Shown here: positions 49,038 to 59,752 of the stretch, piece after piece
Numbering within the stretch: position 1 is the stretch's first letter
Layout of the letters: every line of letters begins with the position of its first letter
NCBI GenBank assembly: GCA_026390935.1
Contig: JAPLEZ010000153.1
Location: forward strand, 4,052-68,051
From: Bacteroidota bacterium
GTDB taxonomy: Bacteria > Bacteroidota > Bacteroidia > Flavobacteriales_C > GCA-002722245
DNA: 64,000 nt
Direction: 5' to 3'
Notes under the pieces: model-generated
What the model was told of the DNA's origin: nothing
What the model saw: only the letters and a program-made list of their open reading frames with translations
Databases searched by the model: none
Made by a program: the position numbers and the translations under genes

Positions 49038-50195
49038 ATGCAAACTATATCTACTCAAATGAAAAAATTAAGTGTACTTATCCTTGCCGCTACAGTGTTG
49101 GCTGCATGTGGTGGTGAACCAACTAAAGCAGAGCAGCTGACTGCTAAAAAAGAAGAACTCGCTGCCTTGAAAAAGGATTATGCTACACTGGCTTCTGAAA
49201 TTAAAAAAGTTGAAAATGAAATTGCTGCAATAGGCGATACAACCGAAGAAGAAAAAGGGAAAATGGTGGCTTTGGATACCGTGAATACTTCTTCTTTCCG
49301 TCATTATGTGGAAGTGCAGGGCGCAGTGGATGCTGAAGAAAATGTGGCTGTAAGTCCGCAAATGCCAGGCTTAGTTGTCCGCATTAACGTGAAAGTGGGA
49401 GAGGTAGTAAGCAAGGGACAAGTGTTGGCAGAAATGAATAATGGAGCTGTTTCTCAGCAAATAGAAGGAGTGAAGGCTCAAGTGGAACTGGCAAGAACTG
49501 CTTATCAAAAGCAAAAAACTTTGTGGGACCAAAAAATTGGTTCAGAGATGCAATACCTGCAAGCAAAGACTCAAAAAGAATCTGCTGAAAAATCTCTTGC
49601 AGCTTTAATGGAACAAGGTGATATGTCTAAAATAGTATCGCCAATTAATGGCGTGGTGGATGCGGTGATCGCAAAAGTTGGTCAGGGTGCTGCTCCGGGT
49701 TATCCGGCGTTTCAGGTGGTGAATCTTTCCAACCTGACTGTTAAAGGAAAAGTTCCTGAAAAATATGCTTCAAAAATAAAAAAAGGGACAGAAGTAGTAT
49801 TGTATTTTCCTGACCTTAAAAAAGAGGTGAAAGCCACCGCTTCTTATTCTGCAACGGTGATTGATCCTATGTCGAGAACCTTCACTGTTGAAGTAAAACT
49901 TGAAGGCGACAACAAAGATTACAATCCTAATATGATTGCCTTACTTAAGGTAGTGGATTATAAAAAAGACAGTGCTATTGTGGTTCCTACCGATATCGTA
50001 CAACAGGGAGAAAGCGGAAGTTTTATCTATGTTGCTCAAAAAGACAAGCTAGGTACTGTAGTTAAAAAGAAGGTGGTTGAAGTAGGTGTAAGTTATAATG
50101 GATCTACTGAAATTTTGAAGGGACTTGCGGTTGGTGATGCCATTATTACCAAGGGTTATCAAAATGTAAACGACGGCGACATTATTCAATATTAG
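49038..50195 (+). CDS. Efflux RND transporter periplasmic adaptor subunit (MFP/HlyD family)
   Basis: Lipoprotein-like N-term (LAACGG), coiled-coil region, beta-barrel C-term; between TolC and RND. Confidence 0.75.
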   Translation: MQTISTQMKKLSVLILAATVLAACGGEPTKAEQLTAKKEELAALKKDYATLASEIKKVENEIAAIGDTTEEEKGKMVALDTVNTSSFRHYVEVQGAVDAEENVAVSPQMPGLVVRINVKVGEVVSKGQVLAEMNNGAVSQQIEGVKAQVELARTAYQKQKTLWDQKIGSEMQYLQAKTQKESAEKSLAALMEQGDMSKIVSPINGVVDAVIAKVGQGAAPGYPAFQVVNLSNLTVKGKVPEKYASKIKKGTEVVLYFPDLKKEVKATASYSATVIDPMSRTFTVEVKLEGDNKDYNPNMIALLKVVDYKKDSAIVVPTDIVQQGESGSFIYVAQKDKLGTVVKKKVVEVGVSYNGSTEILKGLAVGDAIITKGYQNVNDGDIIQY

Positions 50196-50216
50196 TTCAT
50201 CATAAGATTTTAAGTC

Positions 50217-53200
50217 ATGGAAAAGAAATTCAAAGAATTCCGGCCCACCAGCTGGTCTATAGATAATAAAACGGCCATTTATCTCTTAACGATCTTTATT
50301 ACGTTGGCAGGTATTTTAACCTACAGTTCGTTACCAAAAGAAAAATTTCCGGATATCGTTTTGCCTACTATCGCAGTGGCTACCGTTTATCCAGGGGCAT
50401 CTCCGAAGAACGTAGAGAACTTGGTAACAAAGCCGATTGAGAAAAAATTAAAAGCCATTTCGGGCGTAAAAAAAATTACCAGTAGTTCTGTTCAGAACAT
50501 GTCGGTGATCATGGTGGAATTTAATTCAGATGCTATCGTTGCTGAAGCCAAACAAAAGGTGAAAGATGCAGTAGATGATGCAGCAAAAGATTTGCCTCCT
50601 TATCCTACAGAAATTATCGCGCCACCATCAGTGAGTCAGATTGAATTTTCTGAAATGCCGATTTTGTTTGTCAATGTTTCGGGTGATTATAGTTTGGATA
50701 AATTGAAAGTATACGCCGATGAATTGAAAGATAAAATAGAAACCTTAAAGGAAATTAAGAAAGTTGAATTGGTAGGTGCTCTCGACAGAGAAATTCAAAT
50801 CAATCTGGATATGCATAAAATGCAGGCTTCCATGATTTCATTGTATGATATTTATCAGGCGGTAAACAAGGAAAATAAAACTTCTTCAGCAGGTAATATA
50901 ACAGTGAATGGAATGAGCCGTTCGGTGAGTATTTCGGCAGATTTTACAGACATTGAAAAGCTGGGAAATCTGGTGATCAATTCAGGCAATGGCTCTCATG
51001 TTTATTTGCGTGATATTGCTGAGGTAAAAGATTCGCATAAAGAACAGGAAAGTTTTGGCCGTCACGACGGAAAAAATGTAATCACTTTAAACATTGTAAA
51101 AAAAGCAGGAGAAAACCTGATTGCTTCTTCTGATAAAATCAGAGAGATTGTAGAAGAAATGCAGGCCAATTCTTTCCCTGAAAGTTTGAAGGTTGAAATC
51201 ACTGGTGACCAGTCGAAAGAAACCAGAATTACCCTGCACGATTTGATCAATACGATCATCATCGGATTTATTTTGGTAACGATTATCCTGATGTTTTTCA
51301 TGGGTGCTACCAACGCGATGTTCGTTGGGTTGTCGGTTCCTTTATCCATGTTCATTGCCTTCATCGTTTTATCGATGATAGGTTATTCCATGAACATGAT
51401 TGTATTGTTCGCCTTCTTGCTTGGATTGGGGATAGTGGTAGATGACGCGATTGTGGTGATTGAAAATACGCACCGTATTTACGACAATGGTAAAATGCCG
51501 ATCAAACAGGCAGCAAAATATGCAGCGGGAGAGGTATTTCTACCGGTGCTTTCTGGTACGGCTACAACATTGGCGCCTTTCGTTCCATTGGCTTTCTGGA
51601 GCGGTATGATGGGAGAATTCATGAAGTATCTGCCCATTACTTTAATCATCACCTTAACCGCTTCATTAGTGGTGGCCTACATTATGAATCCTGTATTTGC
51701 AGTGAGCTTTATGAAGCCTCACGGATCAGTGGACAAAGAAAAAAAGAAAAGAAGAATCCGTTTGGTTTCTGTGTTGTTGATTTTTATCGCGGTGTTGTGT
51801 TACGCAGTGGATTTCTCCAGCGGTTCAGAAGAGCACGGTGCGCGTGGTGTTGGTAATTTCATGCTGGCAATGTTACTGGTGTATTTGTTCTATCAGTTTG
51901 TGATGGAAAAAGCAATTGAAAAATTCCAGACTAAGTTATGGCCTGCTGTGCAGCATAAATATTCCCGCTTCCTGGATTGGGCTTTGAGCCGTCCCGGAAA
52001 AGTAATCGGAGGAACTTTCGGCTTGCTGGTTTTGTCGATCATTTTAATGGTAGCGCGTCAGCCCAAAGTAGAATTTTTCCCTACCGCCGATCCTAACTTT
52101 ATTTATGTGTATGTGACCTTGCCTATCGGAACTGATGTTCATTATACTGATTCTATTACCCGCGTAGTAGAACACAGAGTGATGAAGGTACTGGAAAAAG
52201 ATACAGATATCGTGGTATCAGTAATGGCCAACGTAGCCATTGGTGCTTCCGAGGATCAATTTGATAGGAGTGCCCAGTCGCACAAAGGAAAGGTAGGTGT
52301 GGCCTTTGTTGAATTCGGAGAGAGAGATGGCCGCTCAACGGCTGATTTTCTGGATAAAATCAGGAAGGCAGTGAAAGGAATTCCAGGTGCAGAAATTACA
52401 GTGGGTCAGGAGCAAAACGGACCGCCTGTAGGAAAACCGGTGAGCATTGAAATCAGTGGTGACCGTTTCGAAGATTTGATGAATGCTTCCAATGCCTTGA
52501 AACATTATCTGGATTCATTGAATATTCCTGGTATTGAAGAATTGAAAACAGATTTGATCAACAGCAAACCGGAGATTTCTTTCAAAATGGATCGTGAGCG
52601 TTTGAACCGTGAGGGAATCAACACCGATGCGGTTGGTTTGGAGTTGCGTACTGCTATTTCGGGCTGGGAAATTTCCCGCTTCAAAGATGCCAATGAAGAT
52701 TATCCGATCATGTTGCGTTACAAGGAAGATCAAAGAAAAAATATAGATGTACTGAGCAATATGAAAATGACATATAGAGATATGGCCAAAGGCGGACAAA
52801 TTCGTCAGGTTCCTGTTTCTGCATTCACCGATATTGAGTACGGTACGTCATACGGAGGTATCAAAAGAAAGAACCAGAAAAGGGTAGTTACCCTGGGTTC
52901 TAACGTTTTGAGCGATTACAATCCGAATGAAGTGGTAGCTGAAATTCAGGCTGCAGCAGCCGGATTTAAAACGCCGGAAGGTGTGGAAATAAATTATACC
53001 GGTCAGCAGGAAGAGCAAGCCGAGCAAATGGGTTTCCTTTCTACTGCCTTGTTGATTTCAGTTGGAATAATCATCCTGATTTTGATCATTCAGTTCAACT
53101 CCATCAGCAAAACCTTGATCATCGTTTCTGAGATTTTGTTAAGTATCATTGGTGTATTGCTTGGTTTGGCTATCACAGGAATGAACTTCTCTATCATCAT

Positions 53201-53621
53201 GACCATGATTGGTATCGTGGCGCTGGCGGGTATTGTGGTGCGGAACGGTATTTTATTGGTAGAATTTATTGATATTCTGGTGGAAGAAGGAATGCCGGTT
53301 CGTGAAGCGGTAGTGGAAGCGGGTAAAATTCGTATGACTCCGGTTATTCTTACGGCAACGGCTACAATCCTTGGTATGGTTCCGTTGGCAGTAGGTTTCA
53401 ACATTGATTTCGTAACGATGTTTACGCACCTCGATCCTCATCTTTATTTTGGTGGTGACAGCGTTGCGTTCTGGGGACCTTTGTCCTGGACCATCATCTT
53501 CGGATTGGCCTTTGCTACTTTCTTGACCTTGATTTTAGTGCCGGTGTTGTATTATCTGGCTTACAGAGTAAAAGAAAAAGTGAAAGCCGTAAAAGCAAAA
53601 ATGATTGCTCCAAAAGTTTAG
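50217..53621 (+). CDS. Efflux RND transporter permease (AcrB/HAE1 or CzcA family), 1134 aa
   Basis: 12-TM / two large periplasmic loop architecture; AIVVIENTHR, PVLSGTATT motifs typical of AcrB family. Confidence 0.85.
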   Translation: MEKKFKEFRPTSWSIDNKTAIYLLTIFITLAGILTYSSLPKEKFPDIVLPTIAVATVYPGASPKNVENLVTKPIEKKLKAISGVKKITSSSVQNMSVIMVEFNSDAIVAEAKQKVKDAVDDAAKDLPPYPTEIIAPPSVSQIEFSEMPILFVNVSGDYSLDKLKVYADELKDKIETLKEIKKVELVGALDREIQINLDMHKMQASMISLYDIYQAVNKENKTSSAGNITVNGMSRSVSISADFTDIEKLGNLVINSGNGSHVYLRDIAEVKDSHKEQESFGRHDGKNVITLNIVKKAGENLIASSDKIREIVEEMQANSFPESLKVEITGDQSKETRITLHDLINTIIIGFILVTIILMFFMGATNAMFVGLSVPLSMFIAFIVLSMIGYSMNMIVLFAFLLGLGIVVDDAIVVIENTHRIYDNGKMPIKQAAKYAAGEVFLPVLSGTATTLAPFVPLAFWSGMMGEFMKYLPITLIITLTASLVVAYIMNPVFAVSFMKPHGSVDKEKKKRRIRLVSVLLIFIAVLCYAVDFSSGSEEHGARGVGNFMLAMLLVYLFYQFVMEKAIEKFQTKLWPAVQHKYSRFLDWALSRPGKVIGGTFGLLVLSIILMVARQPKVEFFPTADPNFIYVYVTLPIGTDVHYTDSITRVVEHRVMKVLEKDTDIVVSVMANVAIGASEDQFDRSAQSHKGKVGVAFVEFGERDGRSTADFLDKIRKAVKGIPGAEITVGQEQNGPPVGKPVSIEISGDRFEDLMNASNALKHYLDSLNIPGIEELKTDLINSKPEISFKMDRERLNREGINTDAVGLELRTAISGWEISRFKDANEDYPIMLRYKEDQRKNIDVLSNMKMTYRDMAKGGQIRQVPVSAFTDIEYGTSYGGIKRKNQKRVVTLGSNVLSDYNPNEVVAEIQAAAAGFKTPEGVEINYTGQQEEQAEQMGFLSTALLISVGIIILILIIQFNSISKTLIIVSEILLSIIGVLLGLAITGMNFSIIMTMIGIVALAGIVVRNGILLVEFIDILVEEGMPVREAVVEAGKIRMTPVILTATATILGMVPLAVGFNIDFVTMFTHLDPHLYFGGDSVAFWGPLSWTIIFGLAFATFLTLILVPVLYYLAYRVKEKVKAVKAKMIAPKV

Positions 53622-53642
53622 TTTTATTCTTGTATAAATGAA

Positions 53643-53676
53643 AAGTCGCCTTGAGAAATCAGGGCGACTTTTTTGT
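53643..53676. terminator. Rho-independent terminator (aagtcgcc-loop-ggcgactt + TTTTT) shared by RND operon and convergent downstream gene
   Basis: aaaagtcgccttgagaaatcagggcgacttttttg read directly. Confidence 0.6.
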
Positions 53677-53678
53677 TA

Positions 53679-54155
53679 TTATTCTTTTTTGATTTTTATC
53701 AAACGCATTTTATCTTTTTCCTTAATAATTTGAAAGGTGTAGCAAATATTTAAATAATCCATTAAGAAGGTAATAGTATTATGAAGAGTATATACTTTCC
53801 AGGTACCGGCATCAGCATCTGTCGCACCCACTATCCAAACTACACTTGATTCCCCAATTTCATTTGTCGTATGCATAGAATCAACGGCCCATATCGTAAA
53901 ACGTAAATCGACACAATTTAATTTTATATACTGATATGCTTTTCCGTGTAAATGTACATCTCTTGTAAAATCAATAGTATCTACTTTATCGAAAATGCAT
54001 TTAGCAGTATCAAGAGTATCTTTTTCCGAATACTTTAATTGTGTGGTAATCCAATTGTATCCAAAGTTGTATTCACAAAAAGTTTGAGCACATAGCGAGC
54101 CACTCAAAAAAAATAAAACAATTAGTTGCAGATTTCTCATGCAGCAATAAGACAC
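53679..54155 (-). CDS. Small secreted hypothetical protein
   Basis: Signal peptide MRNLQLIVLFFLSGSLCAQ; no motif recognised. Confidence 0.3.
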   Translation of the reverse strand: MSYCCMRNLQLIVLFFLSGSLCAQTFCEYNFGYNWITTQLKYSEKDTLDTAKCIFDKVDTIDFTRDVHLHGKAYQYIKLNCVDLRFTIWAVDSMHTTNEIGESSVVWIVGATDADAGTWKVYTLHNTITFLMDYLNICYTFQIIKEKDKMRLIKIKKE

Positions 54156-54197
54156 ATTTTATGATTTCGTTACAATCGATGAAAGAATTTTGAGAAT

Positions 54198-54345
54198 GAA
54201 ACGGTTATGCCATTCCCTCTCGGAGGAGAGGGGTGTGCAAGCTTTTTGCGGGAAGGAGGGAGATGGAATAAGGAGAAATAATCCATCTCCCTGCCTTCGC
54301 ACATTCTCCCGCACCCCTCTTCTTCAAGAGGGAATCCCATTCTCT
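54198..54345. repeat. ~150-bp GC-rich nested imperfect palindrome (gaggagaggggtgtgc...ggaaggagggagatgga...tccatctccctgccttc...gcacccctcttcttc)
   Basis: Inverted symmetry read directly; lies in intergenic space between two convergent genes; track ORF 54190..54414 overlaps it. Confidence 0.4.
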
Positions 54346-54365
54346 AAAAACTATAGCTCATTTAT

Positions 54366-57014
54366 CTATTTCTTCTCCTCCCACAACTCCGGTGAATTGG
54401 CTTCGTTTTTATAAGCAGCGCATTCCTTGCAATAAAAATTTCGGAAGGCTTCACTATCTAGCACCTGAAAGCTGATGTTGCAGTTACCTATAAAAAGTTT
54501 GCACCATTCGTCTTCTTTGAAATACGGTTTTATGTCTATCAGCCATTTTGCATATTCTTCTGTTTTGTTTTCAATGTAATTGATGTAAGTCAGTTTGGCG
54601 TAATAGCCGAGTAGCTCGGGATTGGTCGACTTTTTATCAACATAGATTTTCAGGAAACTGACTGCAAATCCGTAACCATGATAGCGGGTAAAGGCCTTGG
54701 CAATGCGAACTGCGGTGGCTTCATCAGGTAGATTTTTGGTGTAATAGGTATATAAGTAAGCCAGACTTTTTAGCATCTCGTCGTATTTTTTTACGTTGTA
54801 ATAATACTCAGCTGCTTTAAAAGAATAATTCAATCCGAGCTTTGGTAAAACAGGTAAAATGGAATCGTTGCTGGTGAAATATCCTTCCACCCCTTTCTGC
54901 AAATCATCCATAGTGATGCCTTTTGGAACCGATGCCGAATCCCAAGTTTTCATCACATTGATTAAGTAATTTGCTCCTGCAAAATCGTAGGAATTATCAG
55001 TGAAATAATTTTTCAGAGTACTTCCTTTTACCTGTTCATTCAAATTGAATTCTTCCTGAAAACAAAATAAGTTGTTGTACATTTTATACATTTCTTTTTT
55101 GCCGCAACATTCAAACGTCATTAAGAAGCCCGGATGTAAAACACCTTCCTTTACTTTTTGGTAGGCGTATTTTTGAATCATCCAAAGTGTATCTATTCTT
55201 CGCAAATACAGTTCATCTACTTTTTTTTCATCCAAAAGTCGAAACAACCTGTTGTGTTCATTGATCAAAAATTTGCCAATGGTTTTGTCGCTCAAATCAT
55301 ATTTCGTTTTTATTATGATGTCTGCTTTTCTTTGTTTGGCGAGGTAAGGTTCTAATTTTGCGCAAAAGGCTTTGTTTTGCAGTGAATCTGTTAGTTGCTC
55401 TTTACTCAGATTTCTCAGAGAGGCCAGTGCTTCCGTGCTGTCAATTTGTTGTTTGAAAAATTGCCAATTGGTTGATGTGGCAATTGTTGGTTTAATGCTG
55501 TATTGTTGTTTCTCCTGAAGAGCCTTAATTAAGTTTCCGGCTCTTTTTTGTTGTAAATTGTTGTTGATGTTTTCGCTTCCTTCTACCGATGAATAGGCAT
55601 GAACGTCGGCACTTAAAATGATGAATGCATCATCGGTAAGTGAATCCAAAAGAGGTTTGAGGTCTTTAAAAGTGTAATCGGATTTCCCTTGTTTGAAAAG
55701 GAATTCAAAGCGGTATTCTTTTTCATAAGCAATGGGTAAGTAATTGCTGTCGGGAAATTCTTTGAGGTAATTCAATGGATAAAATTCTGAATAGTATGCT
55801 CCGCACATATCAGTAAAATGCGACACTCGGGCGATTCCTCCCTGCTTGATGTACACAAGATTGAATTCGTTATAGCCTTCGGCTTCTTTGGGAATTTTTC
55901 CCAGTTTTAAGCGGAAGCTTGTTGGTTCGTATGGCGCACGTATTCCATTAATAAAATTCACAAAGAATCCATTTTCTTTATGTTTGATATTTTCTAGTTT
56001 GATACGCTTAAACATATTTTTCCGGCGTGGTTTAAAGCCTTTTAAAAGTTGTTTGCGATACACGGGCTCAAGTACAATACCACTGAATTCGCATTGCTTG
56101 TTGCGTCGACTTCTTTGGGTGTAATATTCTGGGTTTCCACAATCGTAGGGCGTGTAGGATACCATTTCTACCGCAACACCATCTTTAGCGTTTTCAAAAA
56201 ACTTTAAAAAACCTAAAGCGTTGTATTCTGCAACAAGGTAGATGGATGAGCCTTTAATTTCCCAGTAAAGAGGACTATCACTTTGCTCAATCAAATAATT
56301 GGCGCGCACATAAATAGGACTTTTAGTGTTCATTGTTGTTAGTCCGAATTCATGCTTTGTGTCGTGCAATTTTTGTGATACTTCTTCAAAAGAATTTACT
56401 GTTGGGGATGGGATGTAGTCCGAATAGGAAAACATTTTTTTGTTTTCTGCGAATTCATATTTCCCAAGTACTTTGGCAAATTTTTGAACGGCGTATACCG
56501 CTTTTGTTTTTTCATCAATGTGCACAGCTAGCCCCGTTACTTGGTAGGCGGGAGTGATCATGTTTGCAAAATGTCCTTTTGAATGAATCCATCCCTGTAC
56601 AAGTGCATTTGCAAGTTGCTTATAGGTGTTGTTAACGGTAAGGTGATTCGATTTGTCTTTGATGGCTAGTCCATAAAAACTTTTGATGATATTTTCTCCC
56701 ACCTGATAGTTTTTGGAAGCTCCATAATATTCAGCACGGATCTGTGGATTTTTAAATTGTTTGTCGTCTTCGTCGTGACTGAATTTTCCGCTTTCGCGCA
56801 AATAATTTGCATGGTGCTGTGCAGCGATGTACAGCACCGAATCATTTACAAGTGTATTGAGATTATGGGCGCTTCGCACACTGTCAATACCTTTCTTAAT
56901 TAGGTGCTCCAGATATTTTACATTGATATTTCCTGAGACCAATTTGTCATCAATGTCTTGTGCCGGAATAAGTTGATATACCAACAGAAAGAGAAAAAAG
57001 GCGATTTTTTTCAT
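54366..57014 (-). CDS. Large secreted hypothetical protein (882 aa) with possible N-terminal CAP/SCP-like domain
   Basis: Signal peptide MKKIAFFLFLLVYQLIPAQD; HHANYLRESGKFSHDED...GWIHSKGHFANM weakly CAP-like; remainder unassigned. Confidence 0.3.
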   Translation of the reverse strand: MKKIAFFLFLLVYQLIPAQDIDDKLVSGNINVKYLEHLIKKGIDSVRSAHNLNTLVNDSVLYIAAQHHANYLRESGKFSHDEDDKQFKNPQIRAEYYGASKNYQVGENIIKSFYGLAIKDKSNHLTVNNTYKQLANALVQGWIHSKGHFANMITPAYQVTGLAVHIDEKTKAVYAVQKFAKVLGKYEFAENKKMFSYSDYIPSPTVNSFEEVSQKLHDTKHEFGLTTMNTKSPIYVRANYLIEQSDSPLYWEIKGSSIYLVAEYNALGFLKFFENAKDGVAVEMVSYTPYDCGNPEYYTQRSRRNKQCEFSGIVLEPVYRKQLLKGFKPRRKNMFKRIKLENIKHKENGFFVNFINGIRAPYEPTSFRLKLGKIPKEAEGYNEFNLVYIKQGGIARVSHFTDMCGAYYSEFYPLNYLKEFPDSNYLPIAYEKEYRFEFLFKQGKSDYTFKDLKPLLDSLTDDAFIILSADVHAYSSVEGSENINNNLQQKRAGNLIKALQEKQQYSIKPTIATSTNWQFFKQQIDSTEALASLRNLSKEQLTDSLQNKAFCAKLEPYLAKQRKADIIIKTKYDLSDKTIGKFLINEHNRLFRLLDEKKVDELYLRRIDTLWMIQKYAYQKVKEGVLHPGFLMTFECCGKKEMYKMYNNLFCFQEEFNLNEQVKGSTLKNYFTDNSYDFAGANYLINVMKTWDSASVPKGITMDDLQKGVEGYFTSNDSILPVLPKLGLNYSFKAAEYYYNVKKYDEMLKSLAYLYTYYTKNLPDEATAVRIAKAFTRYHGYGFAVSFLKIYVDKKSTNPELLGYYAKLTYINYIENKTEEYAKWLIDIKPYFKEDEWCKLFIGNCNISFQVLDSEAFRNFYCKECAAYKNEANSPELWEEKK

Positions 57015-57066
57015 TTTGTTTAATCTGCTGCAAAAATATCAATTTATTCGGGACAAGATATTTGTG

Positions 57067-57097
57067 TTTGACATCCCCCTGATTTATACTATTTTTG
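57067..57097 (+). promoter_or_regulatory. Candidate Bacteroidetes sigma-A promoter (-33 TTTG at 57067-70; -7 TATTTTTG at 57090-97) upstream of dxs
   Basis: TTG...19 nt...TAnnTTTG spacing read directly. Confidence 0.35.
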
Positions 57098-57121
57098 CAA
57101 GGTATCACGTTAAGCGTTGCA

Positions 57122-59053
57122 ATGGACTTTAAAGCAGGGGAATTACTTCAAAACATAAACATTCCTTCAGACCTACGGGCACTGAAGGAAGGTCAACTGG
57201 TTCAGGTGAGCGACGAATTGCGTCAGTTCATCATCGATGTGGTATCTGTTAAAGGCGGTCACTTCGGTGCGAGCCTTGGTGTGGTTGAATTGACTGTTGC
57301 TTTGCACTACGTTTTTAATACGCCCTACGATAGAATCGTTTGGGATGTGGGCCATCAGGCTTATGGACACAAAATTTTGACCGGTCGGAAAGATGTTTTT
57401 GATACCAACAGAAAATACAAGGGAATCAGTGGTTTCCCTAAGCGTTCAGAAAGCGAATACGATACTTTTGGGGTAGGACATTCCTCTACTTCTATATCTG
57501 CTGCACTAGGTATGGCGGTGGCTTCCCGTTATAAAAAGATTGACGACAGACAACATATTGCTGTGATTGGTGATGGTGCGATGACTGCCGGATTGGCCTT
57601 TGAAGCATTGAATCACGGGGGAGTTGAGCCTTCAAATATGATAGTTGTGTTGAACGACAATTGCATGGCTATCGACCCTAACGTTGGTGCGCTCAAGGAA
57701 TATTTAACCGATATGACTACTTCTCCCACTTACAACAAAGTGAAAGATGAAGTGTGGCATTTGTTGGGTAAAATCAGCAAGTTCGGCCCAAATGCGCAAG
57801 CTATTGTTCAGAAGGTTGAAAATGGAATTAAGTCGGCATTACTAACAAAAAGTAATTTATTTGAATCTTTAAACTTCCGTTATTTCGGTCCGGTAGACGG
57901 TCATGATGTAAAGTATCTAGCGAAGGTTTTAAAAGATTTAAAAGATATTCCGGGTCCGAAAATATTACACGTTCTTACCAAAAAAGGGAAGGGCTTTGTT
58001 CATTCCGAGTTTGGAGATCAAACTACCTGGCACGCTCCAGGTGTTTTCAATAAAGACACTGGTGAAATCATTAAGGTAACTCCGCAATCTCCACAGCCTC
58101 CTAAATATCAGGATGTGTTTGGACACACCATAGTTGAGCTGGCCGAAAAAAACGATAAAATAATGGGAATCACGCCGGCAATGCCGAGTGGAAGTTCATT
58201 GAATATAATGATGGCGGCGATGCCCAATAGGGCTTTCGACGTAGGTATTGCCGAGCAACACGCTGTTACTTTTTCGGCGGGATTGGCGGCGGAAGGATTG
58301 ATTCCTTTTTGTAATATTTATTCGTCGTTCATGCAACGTGCCTACGATCAGGTGATACACGACGTGGCGCTACAAAATTTACCTGTTGTGTTTTGTTTGG
58401 ATAGGGCCGGATTTGCCGGAGCCGACGGACCGACGCATCATGGTGCTTACGACATTGCTTACATGCGTTGCATACCAAACATGATTGTTGCTGCGCCTAT
58501 GAATGAGGCTGAATTGCGCAACATGATGTACACAGCACAACTCGAAGGTAATGGTCCATTCTCCATCCGCTATCCAAGAGGTGAAGGGGTGATGATTGAT
58601 TGGAAAACACCAATGAAAGCCATTAAAATTGGCACCGGTAGAAAAACCATCAATGGAGATGAAATTGCCATTTTAACGATAGGTCACGTAGGAAATTTTG
58701 CAGTGAATGCTTGTGCAAAATTGGAGAACGATGGTGTTTCAGCAGCGCATTACGATATGCGTTTTGCTAAACCTATTGATGAAATGTTATTGCACGAAGT
58801 TTTTGGAAAATTTAAACATATAATTACAGTAGAAGATGGTTGCGTGATGGGTGGAATGGGATCAGCAGTGCTGGAATTCATGAGCGATAATGGCTATCAG
58901 GCCAATGTAATTCGATTGGGTATTCCTGATAAATATATTGAACACGGTAGTCAGGATGATTTGTACAAAGAATGTTTGTTCGATACCGAAAACATCTACC
59001 TCACCGCAAAAAAAATGCTTTCTAAATTGAAATCGAAACAAAGCGCAGGCTAA
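57122..59053 (+). CDS. dxs: 1-deoxy-D-xylulose-5-phosphate synthase
   Basis: GHFGASLGVVELTVALHYVFNTPYDRIVWDVGHQAYGHKILTGR (Dxs TPP motif), transketolase-like C-domain; ATG 57122 preferred over TTG 57095 which overlaps the putative -7 box. Confidence 0.9.
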   Translation: MDFKAGELLQNINIPSDLRALKEGQLVQVSDELRQFIIDVVSVKGGHFGASLGVVELTVALHYVFNTPYDRIVWDVGHQAYGHKILTGRKDVFDTNRKYKGISGFPKRSESEYDTFGVGHSSTSISAALGMAVASRYKKIDDRQHIAVIGDGAMTAGLAFEALNHGGVEPSNMIVVLNDNCMAIDPNVGALKEYLTDMTTSPTYNKVKDEVWHLLGKISKFGPNAQAIVQKVENGIKSALLTKSNLFESLNFRYFGPVDGHDVKYLAKVLKDLKDIPGPKILHVLTKKGKGFVHSEFGDQTTWHAPGVFNKDTGEIIKVTPQSPQPPKYQDVFGHTIVELAEKNDKIMGITPAMPSGSSLNIMMAAMPNRAFDVGIAEQHAVTFSAGLAAEGLIPFCNIYSSFMQRAYDQVIHDVALQNLPVVFCLDRAGFAGADGPTHHGAYDIAYMRCIPNMIVAAPMNEAELRNMMYTAQLEGNGPFSIRYPRGEGVMIDWKTPMKAIKIGTGRKTINGDEIAILTIGHVGNFAVNACAKLENDGVSAAHYDMRFAKPIDEMLLHEVFGKFKHIITVEDGCVMGGMGSAVLEFMSDNGYQANVIRLGIPDKYIEHGSQDDLYKECLFDTENIYLTAKKMLSKLKSKQSAG

Positions 59054-59056
59054 TTT

Positions 59057-59752
59057 ATGAAGCGGATTTTCTCTATTTTATTTCTTTTTTGTCTGGTTAA
59101 TTCTGCTTTTGCACAAACGGTTGAAACTGTGCAGCGTGCTCCAAAGAAGCAATCTTTCAAAAGAAAAAAACGTTTGTTCAGTGAAGATGGAGTTGCCTTT
59201 GACCTAGTAAGCAATTCGTGGCTCACCACACCAAGCGGTATCATTCAAAAGCCACTACAATCTATAGGATACAATGTTTCTATTTTTAAAGATTGGCCGC
59301 TAGGGCACAGCATCTTTACCATTGCTGCAGGTATAGGATACAGTGTTGAAAATATTCAGCACAACGGACAGTTTTTGTATACCAACAACTTCACACAATC
59401 TTTTTTATATCCGCTACAGGTTCCGTTTAATTCCAACCGAATTACGCTGCAGTGGTTTGAAATTCCTGTTGAATTGCGTTTGCGTACAAAAGGTAAGGGG
59501 CCTTTCCGACTTTATCTTGGAGCGAAGGCAGGACTGCATGTTACGAGCTACACGCAGTTCATTGATCACGATTCAAAAAACAGGGAATACTACATAAAAA
59601 ACCTGAATTGGTACCGTTATGGTGTTTATGCCCGTTTGGGATATGGTTATTTTAATTTATTCGCTTATTATTCTTTAAGCGAATTATTCGTGCATAATCA
59701 CGGTCCGGTATTGACGCCTGTTTCAGTGGGATTGTCGGTGATGTTGAGGTAA
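59057..59752 (+). CDS. Outer-membrane beta-barrel protein (porin-family/OmpA-like barrel)
   Basis: Signal peptide MKRIFSILFLFCLVNSAFAQ; alternating amphipathic strands; C-terminal aromatic residue pattern. Confidence 0.45.
   Translation: MKRIFSILFLFCLVNSAFAQTVETVQRAPKKQSFKRKKRLFSEDGVAFDLVSNSWLTTPSGIIQKPLQSIGYNVSIFKDWPLGHSIFTIAAGIGYSVENIQHNGQFLYTNNFTQSFLYPLQVPFNSNRITLQWFEIPVELRLRTKGKGPFRLYLGAKAGLHVTSYTQFIDHDSKNREYYIKNLNWYRYGVYARLGYGYFNLFAYYSLSELFVHNHGPVLTPVSVGLSVMLR

Noticed and set aside
54190-54414. 74-aa ORF over the GC-rich palindrome
   Set aside because: Translation is repeat-driven and overlaps the 3' end of the convergent 882-aa gene; considered spurious
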